Shown: piece after piece, positions 45,044-56,097 of the stretch | Layout of the letters: each line of letters starts with the position of its first letter | Numbering within the stretch: position 1 is the first letter of the stretch | Notes under the pieces: model-generated | Told to the model about the DNA's origin: nothing | Databases searched by the model: none | The model's input: only the letters and a program-made list of their open reading frames with translations | Source of the DNA: a virus | Lineage: Duplodnaviria; Caudoviricetes | DNA length: 64,000 nucleotides | Virus record (IMG/VR): IMGVR_UViG_3300009873_000010 | Location: 7,212-71,211 of that record | Strand: one strand, 5' to 3' | Translations under genes and position numbers: made by a program

Positions 45044-45845
45044 GCACGGCTCACGCGAGCTAGCACTAGACGTACCTTTAAGTATCGACGAGCTAACGTT
45101 TGAGACAGTCATAGACTTCAAAGCTGCTCGTGAACGATACTTAAAGGAGTCTGTGTTACCCGAATTGGAGGAAGGCGAAGAGCATTCTTACACTACATTA
45201 GTAGGCAGCCTTGAAAAAGTGCTTGCTCATAAGCTAAATGCAATCAAGCTTGTATGCTCTGGGCCTATACACATACTACCTTGGTCGCTTGAGGGTGATG
45301 GCGATCTAATAGGCGAGAACTTTCAGCTTAACTTAGGCGATGAGCTATCTTTAGATAGACTATATGCGCATATAGTTAACATGATTGAACTGTATGAACC
45401 TACAGTTGTACCTGCGGACTTCTCTATTGTACATCATGGTGTAAAATACACAATTGACCCGCGTGAAGCCTTTAACACGCTCATGGGTGTGTCTTACACA
45501 GCTGGCGAAGCGCTTACTATTCTTGAATTACGACGGCAAGCATATAAAGTTATAGACGAAAAGGGTGACTTGGATGGCAATCTCGCATTTAACCTTGGCA
45601 TTCGCGAAGTATGCCTGCTTTTGCGCGAGCCTGGTGTTGAGGTGCCCGCATTTAAGGCAGAGCGCAATGCTTTCATAGATGCACATGCGCCTAAGTTCCG
45701 CGATCTGTCCTACGACATTGTTCTTAACATCAGATTTTTTTTTCTGTTTACTATTCAAAAATACGCGAGAACAAAACTTATCAGTTCTTTTTTGAAGGCA
45801 CAGGTAGACAAGGAAAAGATGCTGCAGAAAACAAAGCGATACTAG
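45027..45845 (+). CDS. Putative tail assembly chaperone (G-like)
   Basis: Acidic helical protein containing a T9 slippery run with an open -1 frame. Confidence 0.5.
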   Translation: MKLRIKHGSRELALDVPLSIDELTFETVIDFKAARERYLKESVLPELEEGEEHSYTTLVGSLEKVLAHKLNAIKLVCSGPIHILPWSLEGDGDLIGENFQLNLGDELSLDRLYAHIVNMIELYEPTVVPADFSIVHHGVKYTIDPREAFNTLMGVSYTAGEALTILELRRQAYKVIDEKGDLDGNLAFNLGIREVCLLLREPGVEVPAFKAERNAFIDAHAPKFRDLSYDIVLNIRFFFLFTIQKYARTKLISSFLKAQVDKEKMLQKTKRY

Positions 45846-46021
45846 AAGCTGAAGCGAAAATGAAGAAAGTTTTTGCAATAGTAGGCTGGGACATATATTA
45901 CGACTACGCAATGGAGCAAGGCTGGTATGAAGGCCTGCGTAGAAGCAAATTTGAGAGTGTATTTTACGCTGATTTTGAAGATTTAGTTTATAGGCTTAAC
46001 AACTTAATAGTGATGTCATGA
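45735..46021 (+). other. -1 frameshift site (T9 at 45735-45743) and GT-like extension ending at TGA 46019-46021
   Basis: The -1 frame has TAA at 45725-45727, is then open to 46021 (FFSVYYSK...GWDIYYDYAMEQGW...IVMS*), and ends in an ATGA overlap with 46018. Confidence 0.7.
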
Positions 46022-46728
46022 ATATAACACACGACGAGATAATTTCTGTGTTTCGCAAACTAGCACAATATACTCCTATATCCCAGCGCATAAACGCATT
46101 CACAGTAGTTGATGAAGGCAAGTATTTTACGAGCGACGCTTTAGTACGTAGCTACGAGGATTATAAGCTAGGCTACTACTGGTCACGTGACTGGGAGCTC
46201 AGTGGTGCTGATCCGTCCACTATGCGCAAGGAGTGGCCAGTGCTGGGAGTAGAGCACAAAGTTTCACATATTACGGATATTGGCAAGAACAGCCAGCTTG
46301 AGGACTGGTGGGTAATTGTTGGTGATGTGCCTAATCGGCTTACTCAAGAAGCTCGCAGAACTATCTTTGAAGTGGATAAAGCAGTGCATGATTTAATGCG
46401 CTACGTACTATTTAGCTTGAAGCAATTTGAGCGTGCTAGCGTTCTTGTAGATAGTTTATACTACACAGTGTGGGACACACACGCAAGGTTAGTGTATTTG
46501 AGAGACAAAGGTGTAATACAGAGCTTTACAATGCAAAGCATGACATTCTATGATATGCTGTTTGCTCATGGCGGCTCTATTACTCCTGTACGCTCTGGGT
46601 TTGCATCAGATGCGCGTGTAGCTGCTTACAAATTGCAGATACCTACGTGTATTACAGACGTGCCTGCATTGGACGTAACATACTTACCAACTGCAAAAGC
46701 TGCAATTTCTAACTGTAATAACTGCTAA
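46018..46728 (+). CDS. Hypothetical tail-module protein (terminator/completion candidate)
   Basis: Position and size; Cys-rich C-terminus. Confidence 0.4.
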   Translation: MNITHDEIISVFRKLAQYTPISQRINAFTVVDEGKYFTSDALVRSYEDYKLGYYWSRDWELSGADPSTMRKEWPVLGVEHKVSHITDIGKNSQLEDWWVIVGDVPNRLTQEARRTIFEVDKAVHDLMRYVLFSLKQFERASVLVDSLYYTVWDTHARLVYLRDKGVIQSFTMQSMTFYDMLFAHGGSITPVRSGFASDARVAAYKLQIPTCITDVPALDVTYLPTAKAAISNCNNC

Positions 46729-46730
46729 AT

Positions 46731-47129
46731 ATGCAATTTCGTAAAGTTGAAAAACAAACGCCATTAAGCTTTACTAAGCTTGTACAATGGTTTCCAGACA
46801 CACATGGTTTTAAAGGCGCCCAGTTTCAGGGCACTAATAAAGCAGACACGCACCTTGTCTACCACATAAAGGGCTCTTCGATACAGGTCGACGACAATAT
46901 GCTCGATGAGTTCTTTGCTGCACATGGTATAGCTGTATGCTTTGAAGGCACTGCAGACTTGCAAAATCGCTGCAGCTTCAAAGTAGCATACTACATAGGT
47001 GCGTATGGCAAGAAGTATCATGTACCAGGTTCATATAACAAACTTAGCTCTGCAAAAACAGCTCTATATAAAGCGTGTTTTCGCGAGCTCGAAAAAATAC
47101 TGACAAATGCTGGAGCAAGTATTGGTTAG
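46731..47129 (+). CDS. Hypothetical protein
   Basis: 132 aa. Confidence 0.65.
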   Translation: MQFRKVEKQTPLSFTKLVQWFPDTHGFKGAQFQGTNKADTHLVYHIKGSSIQVDDNMLDEFFAAHGIAVCFEGTADLQNRCSFKVAYYIGAYGKKYHVPGSYNKLSSAKTALYKACFRELEKILTNAGASIG

Positions 47130-47574
47130 CGTATTGTTTACTGTAGGTTTTGCTATACGCAACTCTTATCAGTTTCGTGAAAATGCTGCACGTAATGCTA
47201 AAGACTTTACAAAGGCTTCGCATTACAATAGTTTGTGGCATTTTGCACAGGCAGGTGTGCAGCTTGTTGTTATTTATACAATTGCACGCTATGATGGCTA
47301 CACAATGGAGGCTTTTGTTAAAGGCACATTGTTTGCAGGCATATTTTGGCTGCTCTTCGATGGCATTGTGAATACGCTAGGATTGCAGAGAAGCTTTTTC
47401 TATGTAGGTCAGACAGCTGCAATTGACAAGTTCTTTAGGCGTGTCGCACCGAACCGCACATCGCGAGCAATGGCGATAGCTAAGATATTCTTTGTCGTTA
47501 TGCCTATCATTATCTTGGTCACACTCTTTAATCCTTATAAAGATGATAAGAAAAGGATCGCAGGCTCGAAATAA
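47107..47574 (+). CDS. Multi-pass membrane protein
   Basis: 3-4 hydrophobic helices. Confidence 0.65.
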   Translation: MLEQVLVSVLFTVGFAIRNSYQFRENAARNAKDFTKASHYNSLWHFAQAGVQLVVIYTIARYDGYTMEAFVKGTLFAGIFWLLFDGIVNTLGLQRSFFYVGQTAAIDKFFRRVAPNRTSRAMAIAKIFFVVMPIIILVTLFNPYKDDKKRIAGSK

Positions 47575-47830
47575 AGGACCGCAGGCTACAAAATTTTGGC
47601 GTGTCTATCTATTCTCATTAATGATAATCGCCACAGTGCTTAGTTTTCTTAGCTTCTGCGCTTACGGCTTGTACTTGCTCTATGCTTTTGACAAGCTCCT
47701 CGGCGCTTTTGCTATACTCACTGTGTTATTTGCAATATTATCGCTCATAACATTCAACGAAGATGCCATACGAAGAAATACGGTTTCGCCTGGACAAAGC
47801 AGCGACGAATCTGGTGAACCTAATTCGTGA
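47543..47830 (+). CDS. Two-TM membrane protein (holin-like candidate)
   Basis: Basic N-terminus, two hydrophobic helices, charged C-terminus. Confidence 0.5.
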   Translation: MIRKGSQARNKGPQATKFWRVYLFSLMIIATVLSFLSFCAYGLYLLYAFDKLLGAFAILTVLFAILSLITFNEDAIRRNTVSPGQSSDESGEPNS

Positions 47831-48308
47831 AGAGCTTATTGCAGAAGGCCATGATGCATCTGGCGAATTAGTTAACTCTATGAGCTATACTATAACAGTT
47901 ACGTCTGAGCGAGTATTTGCAGAGGTGCGTATACTTGATTATGCGCTAATACTAGATGCAGGTGTTCCGGCTAGTAGTGTTCCTTTCAGTGCTGATGAGC
48001 TAGGTAGACGTGGAGGCACTAGTGCGTATATTGCAGGCTTGCTTGACTGGATGGGCGATATAGGTATTGTAGGCGAACAAGAGAAGCTTGGTTTTGCAAT
48101 GCGAATAGCTCGTGCAGCTGCTACTGAAGGCCACCCAACATCTGGTGCCTATGCTTTTACAAGCAATGGCAGACGAACTGGTTGGATTGAAGAAATTGTG
48201 CAAACAACTGCACCATCTATGGAACGTGATCTGGACATACCAGGTATAGTACGCAGAGCATACGATAGACTTACAGAACGTTTGGCTAAGCTCTTTGGCA
48301 AAAGGTAA
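47763..48308 (+). CDS. Putative tail completion/neck protein (HK97 gp10-like)
   Basis: ASGELVNS...YALILDAG..VPF...LLDW...AMRIARAAATEG; directly before the tape measure. Confidence 0.55.
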   Translation: MPYEEIRFRLDKAATNLVNLIREELIAEGHDASGELVNSMSYTITVTSERVFAEVRILDYALILDAGVPASSVPFSADELGRRGGTSAYIAGLLDWMGDIGIVGEQEKLGFAMRIARAAATEGHPTSGAYAFTSNGRRTGWIEEIVQTTAPSMERDLDIPGIVRRAYDRLTERLAKLFGKR

Positions 48309-48356
48309 TAATGTGCACTTTTTTGCATTGTAGGCTAGCAAGTATAGCATATAAAC

Positions 48357-48378
48357 TAGTTTTTATTCTTATATTGCA
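48357..48378 (+). promoter_or_regulatory. Second promoter class TAGTTTTT-N4-TTATATTGCA (copy 1)
   Basis: Same motif and spacing at 56583-56604; both precede structural operons. Confidence 0.6.
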
Positions 48379-48380
48379 TA

Positions 48381-51300
48381 ATGGCCACCCGTATAATAGC
48401 TTTCGAGATTGAAGTTGACGGTGTAACTCGTGTCATTGATAGCTTTGAAAAGCTTGAGAGTGTTGTAGGTGATGTTAGTAAGCTTTTTAGGCAGTCTGAT
48501 TTCGGCACCGACACATATAGGGCGCTCAATAAGGAACTTGGGCGCCTTAAGCAGCTTCAGATAGATGGTAGAGCTGAAATACGCAAAAGTGCACGTGAAA
48601 GTGTCATAGCCGCAGACAGTGGCCGACGCAGTTATGAAGCACTAAATGCGCAGCTTGTTAATTTACGTAATCAGTACAGGCAATTGTCAGAAGCTGAGCG
48701 CAATGCAATTGGTGGCGCAAAGCTACGCAATGAAATAAATGCGCTAGATAAAGAGCTAAAGAAGATTGACAAGTCCATAGGTTTGTATCAGCGTAACATA
48801 GGTGCTTACGGCCAAGCATTCAAGAGCTTAGGCGATATTGTTACAGCTGGTATCATTACAGGCGGAGTAACACGAGCTATAGAAGTTGCTGCAGCGGCAA
48901 TACAAGACGCAGTGCTTGTAACAGCTGACTTCAATCGACAAATGGGCATAGTAAAGCAAGTGTCTGGTGCTACAGCTCAGGAATGGGATATGTTAACAAC
49001 ACTTGCACGAGACTTAGGAGCTAGCACAGAATTTACAGCATCACAAGTTGCACAGCTAGAGATAGAATACTCAAAACTCGGCTTTTCAGCTAAGCAGATT
49101 GAAGAGCTACTGCCTGCATCTTTGAATGCTGCTACAGTGTCTGGTGAAAGCCTAGGCCGTACAGCAGAAGTTGTTGGTGCTACAGTTCGTGCTTTTGGCC
49201 TTGAGGCTAGCGAAACAGGCAGAGTTGTTGATGTTTTGGCTAAAACTTTTGCCAGCTCTGCACTTGATTTATCCAAGTGGGACACTGCAGTATCGCAAGT
49301 AGGCGCTGTGTCTGTAGCGACTGGTAAAGAGATTGAAGAAATAGCAGCTTTGCTTGGCGTGCTTGCAAATAGCGGCTTTGATGCGTCTGTTGCATCTACA
49401 TCTTTACGTAACATATTCTTAGAGACTGCACAAGAGGGCATAACATTAGAGGAAGCTTTGGACGATGTTGCTGGTGCAGAAAACTCGCTAGTGCGTGCTT
49501 TTGAATTGTTTGGAAAACGTGGAGCTGCTGCCGCTGTTGCATTATCACGCCAGCGTGAAGAGGCAGCTCGCTTGAATGCTGTCATAGAGGACTCCGAAGG
49601 ATTTGCAAAGCGTTCTGCAGAAGCTATACGCCAAGACTTACGTGGCGCGCTTGATTCTGCATTATCTGCAGTTGAAGCATTGCAAATATCGTTTGTGTCT
49701 ACATTCGGCGATGCGTTAACTAATGGTATTAATAATTTTGCTACATTAGTAAGGCTTATAGCTGGCTTAATCAGTGGCAGCGAAGAAGCAACTAAGCAAT
49801 TTGCTGCACTTAAGCGAGAGTTTGTAACATTCTTGCCTTTAGTTGCTAGTTTTGCAGTTGCTCTAGGTATACTAAACTTCCAGTTATTAGCTGCTGCATT
49901 GCGTGCGTTACCTGCGTATATACTGCAGACACGCTTAGCGGCTATTGCAAGCAGAGGTTTTGCGCTTGCATCTGCTGCATTGACAGTTGTATTAAATGCC
50001 AATCCTTTTGTGCTCGCTGCTTCAGCTATAGCACTTATAATAGGAGCATTAACAACAGCTTATCAGCGTTCTGAAACATTTCGTGCTACTTTGTCAGCAC
50101 TTGCAAGTGTTGCTTCAGAGTTCTTCAAGATAATTAAAGAGTCTGTAGGTGGATTTGTAACAGCATTCACAGAATTAGCAAAAGGTAATTTTCAAAATGC
50201 TGCTGAAGCATTCTCAAAGTCCTTTGTTGCTGCTAATCCTGTGCAACTGTTTGCTTCTGAAGGTGGCAGACTTGCAAAGGCTTATGCCGAAGGCTATCAG
50301 GCAGAACTTGAGCGTAGTGGTGAGTTTGCTGTAGATGCTACAGGCCCTGGAGGCGAGAGTATAGGTGTAGATGCAGTGTCTGGAGCTGCTGTTACTGCTA
50401 CTTCAAATACAAGCAATGTAACTGCAGAAGAGCTACAAAGGCAAGTTGAGGAATTAGCAAAAGAGCTTGGCGAAGGTGGTGAACAAGCTGGCGAAGACCT
50501 TATGGGAGGCGTAGGCGAAGGTGTAGACAAAGCAACTGTAGAAACTATAAGCAAACTAAAGAAGCAAAAGCAAAAGCTAAAGAAAGAGCTAGCAGGCCTT
50601 GACACTGACTCTGCAGAGTTTGCTAAAGTAAGAAGTGAATTAGTAGAGGTAACTCGTAGATTAAATGAGCTTAATGTAACTTCGCGCAATGTAGGCGACA
50701 GGAAAGTAGCTGTAGGCTTTGAGCGTTTAACTGAGCTGCAGAGCTCACTAGCGTCTAGCATAAAAGATGCAATTGCTGCAGGCGAGCCTTACGATGATCT
50801 TTTAGCGAGTTATGCAGATGTAACTCAGCGTGTAAACGATGCTAACTCGGAGTTCGAGCAAGCTATGGAGTCCATTGCAGACAAGACTGGCCCAGCAACT
50901 ACGTCTGTGTCTGCTCTGCGTGATGCTGTTAGGTTGCTGCAAACAGCATTGGAAGAATCCGACGGCACAAATGTAGAGCAACTAACTAATGATCTTGTAG
51001 CTGCAGAGGAAAAGTTAAAGGCCGCAGAGGACGCAATCGAAAGAGCTCGTATACGCGCAACTGAGCCTAGCCGCACAGGTGTGCTAGAGACAGACATAGA
51101 GGACGCACTACAGTCGATAGATACAAGAGAGCAACAGAGATTGCAATCGCTAGAGCGCTTAAAGCTAGCGGAAGATGACTTAGCGCAAGCTCGTAAGCAG
51201 ATTGAGCTTGAAACAGACATTGAGATTGCAGAGCAAAGGTTGCTATTATACAGAGAGGGTAGTGCAGAAGCCATAGAGCTAGAACGGCAAATAGCTGCTG

Positions 51301-52445
51301 CACGTCAAGAGCTTGCAGATTTAGGCGTTGAAGGCGCCGTGCGTAATTCACTTGAAGCTATAGAGCTGCAAAAAGAACGTCGCATAGCTGCTATAAATGC
51401 TATAATTACTAATGAGAAGCAGGCTGAAGCAGAGATTGAAGCAATACGTACTGAAGCGAATCTTGAAGCATTGCGTGTAAGGCTAAATAACGAGGAACTC
51501 ACAGAGCGCCAGCGTTTAGCTTTGAAGAACGAAATTGCAGAGCAGGAAATTCAGCTAGAAAAAGATAAGCTTGATGCAATTAAGCAAGCTAATATACTAC
51601 TGAACCAAGAGTTACAAGATAGGCTTGAGGCAGGGCTCGAGTCACTTGAGACTATTGTTAATGTTGTAGAAAATAGCACTGAAGCACGCGCAAACAGAGA
51701 AGTTGCTGCAATTGAAAGCAGATACGCGCGTGAAATAGAACTAGCAGAAGGTAATAAGGAGCGCATAACTGCTTTAGAGGAAGAACGCGATAAGCAAGTG
51801 GAAGAAATCGAGCGTGCTCAATTCGAGCGTGCTAAGCGTTTGCAAATTGCGTCTGCTTTAATATCGCAAGCACAAGGTATTGTTAATATTCTATCAGCGC
51901 CGACAACTATACCCGACCCACTCGGGCGTGTCTATAAAGGTGTGCAAATTGCTTTGCTGCTTGCGCAGACAGCTTCTCAAATATCCAAGATTTCTTCGCA
52001 GTCATTTGCAGGTGGCGGTTTCACAGGCAGTGGCGAAGGTAAGCCTGACCACACAGGGCATAGACCTGTGGGTGTAGTGCATGAGCATGAGTATGTAGTG
52101 CCTAAAGACGTGTTAATGAGTTATAGAGGCGCGCAACTAGTTGCACAACTAGAAATGCTACGCCGCAGACGTGCTCGGCCCGGCGCAAGCTCAGCTCGAG
52201 GCTACGTTGATGGAGGCTTAGCAATCGCAGCTGCTAATCCAGTTCTACCTGGTGCAGGCGGAGGAGCAGGTATACTTACAGTACGTGCAGAGGCAGAAAT
52301 TTCAGAAAGCTCGATAACTAAGATTGCAGAAGCAGTTAGCAATGCTACACAGCAAGGCTCACGCTTGGGTATAATTGAAGGAGCTGAAGATCGCAATAGA
52401 CTTGCAGAAAGGCAGCAATTATTAGATAATACATCATCGTCATAA
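48381..52445 (+). CDS. Tail tape measure protein
   Basis: 1354 aa, Ala-rich; TP901-type core SGATAQEWDMLTTLARDLGASTEFTASQVA; hydrophobic middle; coiled coils. Confidence 0.95.
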   Translation: MATRIIAFEIEVDGVTRVIDSFEKLESVVGDVSKLFRQSDFGTDTYRALNKELGRLKQLQIDGRAEIRKSARESVIAADSGRRSYEALNAQLVNLRNQYRQLSEAERNAIGGAKLRNEINALDKELKKIDKSIGLYQRNIGAYGQAFKSLGDIVTAGIITGGVTRAIEVAAAAIQDAVLVTADFNRQMGIVKQVSGATAQEWDMLTTLARDLGASTEFTASQVAQLEIEYSKLGFSAKQIEELLPASLNAATVSGESLGRTAEVVGATVRAFGLEASETGRVVDVLAKTFASSALDLSKWDTAVSQVGAVSVATGKEIEEIAALLGVLANSGFDASVASTSLRNIFLETAQEGITLEEALDDVAGAENSLVRAFELFGKRGAAAAVALSRQREEAARLNAVIEDSEGFAKRSAEAIRQDLRGALDSALSAVEALQISFVSTFGDALTNGINNFATLVRLIAGLISGSEEATKQFAALKREFVTFLPLVASFAVALGILNFQLLAAALRALPAYILQTRLAAIASRGFALASAALTVVLNANPFVLAASAIALIIGALTTAYQRSETFRATLSALASVASEFFKIIKESVGGFVTAFTELAKGNFQNAAEAFSKSFVAANPVQLFASEGGRLAKAYAEGYQAELERSGEFAVDATGPGGESIGVDAVSGAAVTATSNTSNVTAEELQRQVEELAKELGEGGEQAGEDLMGGVGEGVDKATVETISKLKKQKQKLKKELAGLDTDSAEFAKVRSELVEVTRRLNELNVTSRNVGDRKVAVGFERLTELQSSLASSIKDAIAAGEPYDDLLASYADVTQRVNDANSEFEQAMESIADKTGPATTSVSALRDAVRLLQTALEESDGTNVEQLTNDLVAAEEKLKAAEDAIERARIRATEPSRTGVLETDIEDALQSIDTREQQRLQSLERLKLAEDDLAQARKQIELETDIEIAEQRLLLYREGSAEAIELERQIAAARQELADLGVEGAVRNSLEAIELQKERRIAAINAIITNEKQAEAEIEAIRTEANLEALRVRLNNEELTERQRLALKNEIAEQEIQLEKDKLDAIKQANILLNQELQDRLEAGLESLETIVNVVENSTEARANREVAAIESRYAREIELAEGNKERITALEEERDKQVEEIERAQFERAKRLQIASALISQAQGIVNILSAPTTIPDPLGRVYKGVQIALLLAQTASQISKISSQSFAGGGFTGSGEGKPDHTGHRPVGVVHEHEYVVPKDVLMSYRGAQLVAQLEMLRRRRARPGASSARGYVDGGLAIAAANPVLPGAGGGAGILTVRAEAEISESSITKIAEAVSNATQQGSRLGIIEGAEDRNRLAERQQLLDNTSSS

Positions 52446-53638
52446 TGGCTACTGTAAACTTAATTAGCGTACCATCCGGTGTTTCACCATTGAACTGTGC
52501 AGTGTACACTGTGGAGCTGCTAAATCCTGTAACAGGCACAGTGACTACTAAGCTAGCATACAAAATAGGGCTTATATCTGGTGGTGCGCCTGCTGGCGAT
52601 CTTACTGATGTTGGTATTATACCATATCTGGGCCAGCAGTTGGACATTAATGTGGGCATACTTGTTGATGCACTAGTGGATACACCTTTGCCTGACCCTA
52701 ACGCATTAGGTTTACAATCGCTTGCAGGCTTTGGCGCAGAGATAAACATACAACTCGGTAGACTTGAGCAAGATAGTGCATCATGCGACTCTACATTAAC
52801 GTTTGATATTAATAGTGCCAGTACTATAGTTATAAACAGCATATTGCCAATATATATGGACGGCGACTACTTTGGCCCTCCTGGCGGAGGCACTCGCTAT
52901 GGTGCTGTCTTAACTGCTCGACCTTACAGGTACACTATTTGCCAAGACCAATTCGACTTCATATATGTGTATAGGCCCTTAACTGGCAGTGCTGGGCCTA
53001 TCAATGCTACATACAGAGCTTACAATAAAGCTAATGTGCTTATATCGACTACTGCTACAAGCATACCTGCAAACGATACAGCTGTTACAGCTATACCTGC
53101 AGGCGCTTTGAACTTCCCAGGCGTTGTGCCTAATCCATTCGAGATACATACTATTGAGATAGACATCACTGGCGCAGGCTTAGCAGAAGAAAAGATTTAT
53201 AGCATCGCAGTGCGCGGATGTGGATATAATGATTTTGATGAAGCCACGCTTTACCTGTTAGAGCCTATTGGCGGATATTCGTCGATCAAAGGAAAGATTC
53301 AATTTGGTGTCGCGCGTTCAGGAGGCTTGATTAGAAAAGGGTATAGCTGCGGAGCATCTGGTGATACTAAATTGCTTGCAGGTGGTGTTAGGCGTGCGGG
53401 TTCGTCTGCTCATAGAACTTTCACACTGACTGCAAAAGTGCCTGTAAGGCAACATGAACATGTGCCTTGGTTAGAGAGCATGTTTGCTGCTAACGCAGGT
53501 GGCATATTTTATCTTGGCAGAATGTACCCTATAGCTCTTGCTGACTTTGACGTAACTGTTACAGAGATAGATGCTGTAGCTACGTTTGAAGTTACAGGCA
53601 GATTTGGTTATTCGCTAATGGGGCAAAACGTTAAGTAA
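52445..53638 (+). CDS. Putative tail tip / distal tail protein
   Basis: Beta-rich, coupled to the tape measure (TAATG). Confidence 0.5.
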   Translation: MATVNLISVPSGVSPLNCAVYTVELLNPVTGTVTTKLAYKIGLISGGAPAGDLTDVGIIPYLGQQLDINVGILVDALVDTPLPDPNALGLQSLAGFGAEINIQLGRLEQDSASCDSTLTFDINSASTIVINSILPIYMDGDYFGPPGGGTRYGAVLTARPYRYTICQDQFDFIYVYRPLTGSAGPINATYRAYNKANVLISTTATSIPANDTAVTAIPAGALNFPGVVPNPFEIHTIEIDITGAGLAEEKIYSIAVRGCGYNDFDEATLYLLEPIGGYSSIKGKIQFGVARSGGLIRKGYSCGASGDTKLLAGGVRRAGSSAHRTFTLTAKVPVRQHEHVPWLESMFAANAGGIFYLGRMYPIALADFDVTVTEIDAVATFEVTGRFGYSLMGQNVK

Positions 53639-56097
53639 TGGCGGACACTATAATAGTACATGACTTACCTGCAAATACACCAGCGCCATTCTACGGAGGC
53701 GGCAATAACGTTACGCTTGATGTATACGACAATTTTGCTTTTAGTAGAACACGCAAACGCGAGGAGTACACTCAGCTTGATAAAATACAAGGCGCAGGCG
53801 TTCTAGGCTTTGACATACCATATACACCTAAGAACACATTCTTACTGCAGCGTTTTGTAGCGCCTAATGTGCTAGACAATGATTACTTACCTCTGCGTAT
53901 CACAGCTTTGTCTGGTGGCGAAGCATTACCGCAAACTCTTCTGTTTGTTGTTCGTACAGACGATGCAAAAAGGCAGTTTTCAATAGAGATAAGTGACTCT
54001 GACGAGTTTTGGAAAAAGCAAGCTGAAGCTTTAAGGTTATGCGACATTGATCTTGGGCAGTATTTGTTTAATAAAGCTGCAATAGAAGCTGGTTGGGCAA
54101 ATACTAACTGGCGAACTAATGGTAATATTCCAGTGCAAGTGCCACCTGCGCATTTTGGTAAAATTTACAATGGCATTGAAGGCCCATTTGTAATAACTGA
54201 CTGGCGGCCATGGATAAGTCTGCCTGCTATACTTGAAGCAGGCTTTTGCCAGATGAATTGGACATTTGAGTCGCCTTTGCAAGAGAACGACTGGTGGTGC
54301 AAGCTATATTTATACATACTTGCAAAAGACTTTTATAAAGCGCCGCAAAAAGTAGATGACTACTACTTTCATGCTACTAAGCTGCCTACGATATATAGCT
54401 GGGACGATTTTACACCGCCAAATCAGGACCCGCAAAACTATTTTGATGCTGCTAACGGTGTATATACCAATAAAAACGAAGACCCTATACAGTTGAGCTT
54501 TTGCTTTGAAGCTATTTATGATACTAATTGTATAGGTATTACGCCTACTCAAGACTATTGGATAAAGTGGTATCTAGCATTACGCGACCCAGATGATGTA
54601 GTTATAGAATGGTATAATGGCTATCAATATTTAGTGCCTGCTGGTCCGCAAAGTCTAACTTTTGAGTTTTGTACAGAGCTCATAGAGATACCGCCCGACT
54701 GGGATGTAATTCTATATTCTGCTATAGGTCCAGAATTTAGTAACATAGCAGGGCTGGGCCCAAACGACTTTCAGGTAGCTGTGTGCGAAGGTACGACATG
54801 GGAAGCTAGGCTTGATGGCGAAATGTTATATCCTGGAGCTACGATACAGGTTGGTAATTTACTAACATGCGATAAAACTTTCCTTGATTTACTAGAAGGC
54901 TTAGCGCATTTTGGCTTGCTATTCGATACTAACCATGGCGAGCGTATAGTTACAATGTGGCCGCCGGAAACAACGGATATACATGGCAGTGATGTTGAAG
55001 GCTTTTTGCTTGATGGTAGTTTAGCTGTTGCATTATCTGATGCATTAGAGATTGTGCCAGAGTCTGAAAAGAAAGAGCTGCCACGTGAGCGCACAACGCG
55101 CTTTATACGTTATGAGTTCAAAGACTCAAAGGATGACTTTATTCGTATACAGAAATTGCCGGACGACAGACCACCTTTTTACAGACTTGTAGACTTAGGC
55201 CCTGGGTTGAAAAACCAGCTGCGTAGATCGCGCAATAAGTTCTTTGCAGCTACACTTAATATAGAGCATGCATTAGTTACACTGCCTGCTTTGTGGGACA
55301 ATAGCGATGGCAGATATTCTTTCGATATTGACCCACGTATAATATACTTTGAGGGGCTTGTCGAGCAAGTGAATAGTCTTGGTGAGCCAATTTACTTTAA
55401 CTACAATTCTGTAGCTGCTCTAGGCGATAACATACCAACATCAGGTCAGGTTATAACAAAACTTGTTAATGACGGTAGTGGTGTGCGTAAAATAGAGCAA
55501 AACATAGCGTATGGTTACAAGCGCTATGACATCTACACGATGTTTTTGCGCTATTCGCAAGAGTTGCAGTTAGCTGTGCCAGACATAGAATATTTAATGC
55601 ACGTAAATCATGCACTTAATAGAGCTATGACTTTTCGTGTACCTTTAGCAATACAGTATAAGCATTATGCTTATATGGCGTTGCTATTAGAAATGAATGA
55701 CTATAGGGCAGGCACACGTTTAAGCACACCAGTAGTTGTAAGGCCTCTTGCACAACGTACAGACTTTCCGTGCGCTACACTTTGCTCCTATGATATTATT
55801 GCACCTAACAAATATATACTTGATATCGTAATGGAAGATGGCAGGAATCTAAGAACTCTACAAGTTTTCTCATTCCCATACGATGTTACAGACCCAGATC
55901 AATTGACTGCTTTGCAAGATGAGCTGGATGCATGGCTTGCTATTGAGGACTCTGTAGCTAATCATACAGTTGCAGTAAGTGCAGGTACGTCAATAACTAT
56001 AACTAACACAGATCAGCTTTTCTACTCTGTAGTTACAAATGCTGTTGCTAACTTATTAGGCTCAACTGAAACATTATTTAATAAAGTTTGTAACTAA
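53638..56097 (+). CDS. Putative tail hub / baseplate protein
   Basis: 819 aa, aromatic and acidic; second gene after the tape measure. Confidence 0.55.
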   Translation: MADTIIVHDLPANTPAPFYGGGNNVTLDVYDNFAFSRTRKREEYTQLDKIQGAGVLGFDIPYTPKNTFLLQRFVAPNVLDNDYLPLRITALSGGEALPQTLLFVVRTDDAKRQFSIEISDSDEFWKKQAEALRLCDIDLGQYLFNKAAIEAGWANTNWRTNGNIPVQVPPAHFGKIYNGIEGPFVITDWRPWISLPAILEAGFCQMNWTFESPLQENDWWCKLYLYILAKDFYKAPQKVDDYYFHATKLPTIYSWDDFTPPNQDPQNYFDAANGVYTNKNEDPIQLSFCFEAIYDTNCIGITPTQDYWIKWYLALRDPDDVVIEWYNGYQYLVPAGPQSLTFEFCTELIEIPPDWDVILYSAIGPEFSNIAGLGPNDFQVAVCEGTTWEARLDGEMLYPGATIQVGNLLTCDKTFLDLLEGLAHFGLLFDTNHGERIVTMWPPETTDIHGSDVEGFLLDGSLAVALSDALEIVPESEKKELPRERTTRFIRYEFKDSKDDFIRIQKLPDDRPPFYRLVDLGPGLKNQLRRSRNKFFAATLNIEHALVTLPALWDNSDGRYSFDIDPRIIYFEGLVEQVNSLGEPIYFNYNSVAALGDNIPTSGQVITKLVNDGSGVRKIEQNIAYGYKRYDIYTMFLRYSQELQLAVPDIEYLMHVNHALNRAMTFRVPLAIQYKHYAYMALLLEMNDYRAGTRLSTPVVVRPLAQRTDFPCATLCSYDIIAPNKYILDIVMEDGRNLRTLQVFSFPYDVTDPDQLTALQDELDAWLAIEDSVANHTVAVSAGTSITITNTDQLFYSVVTNAVANLLGSTETLFNKVCN

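Noticed and set aside
48977-52396. Several long Ser/Ala-rich - strand ORFs
   Set aside because: Antisense shadows of the Ala/Glu-rich tape measure
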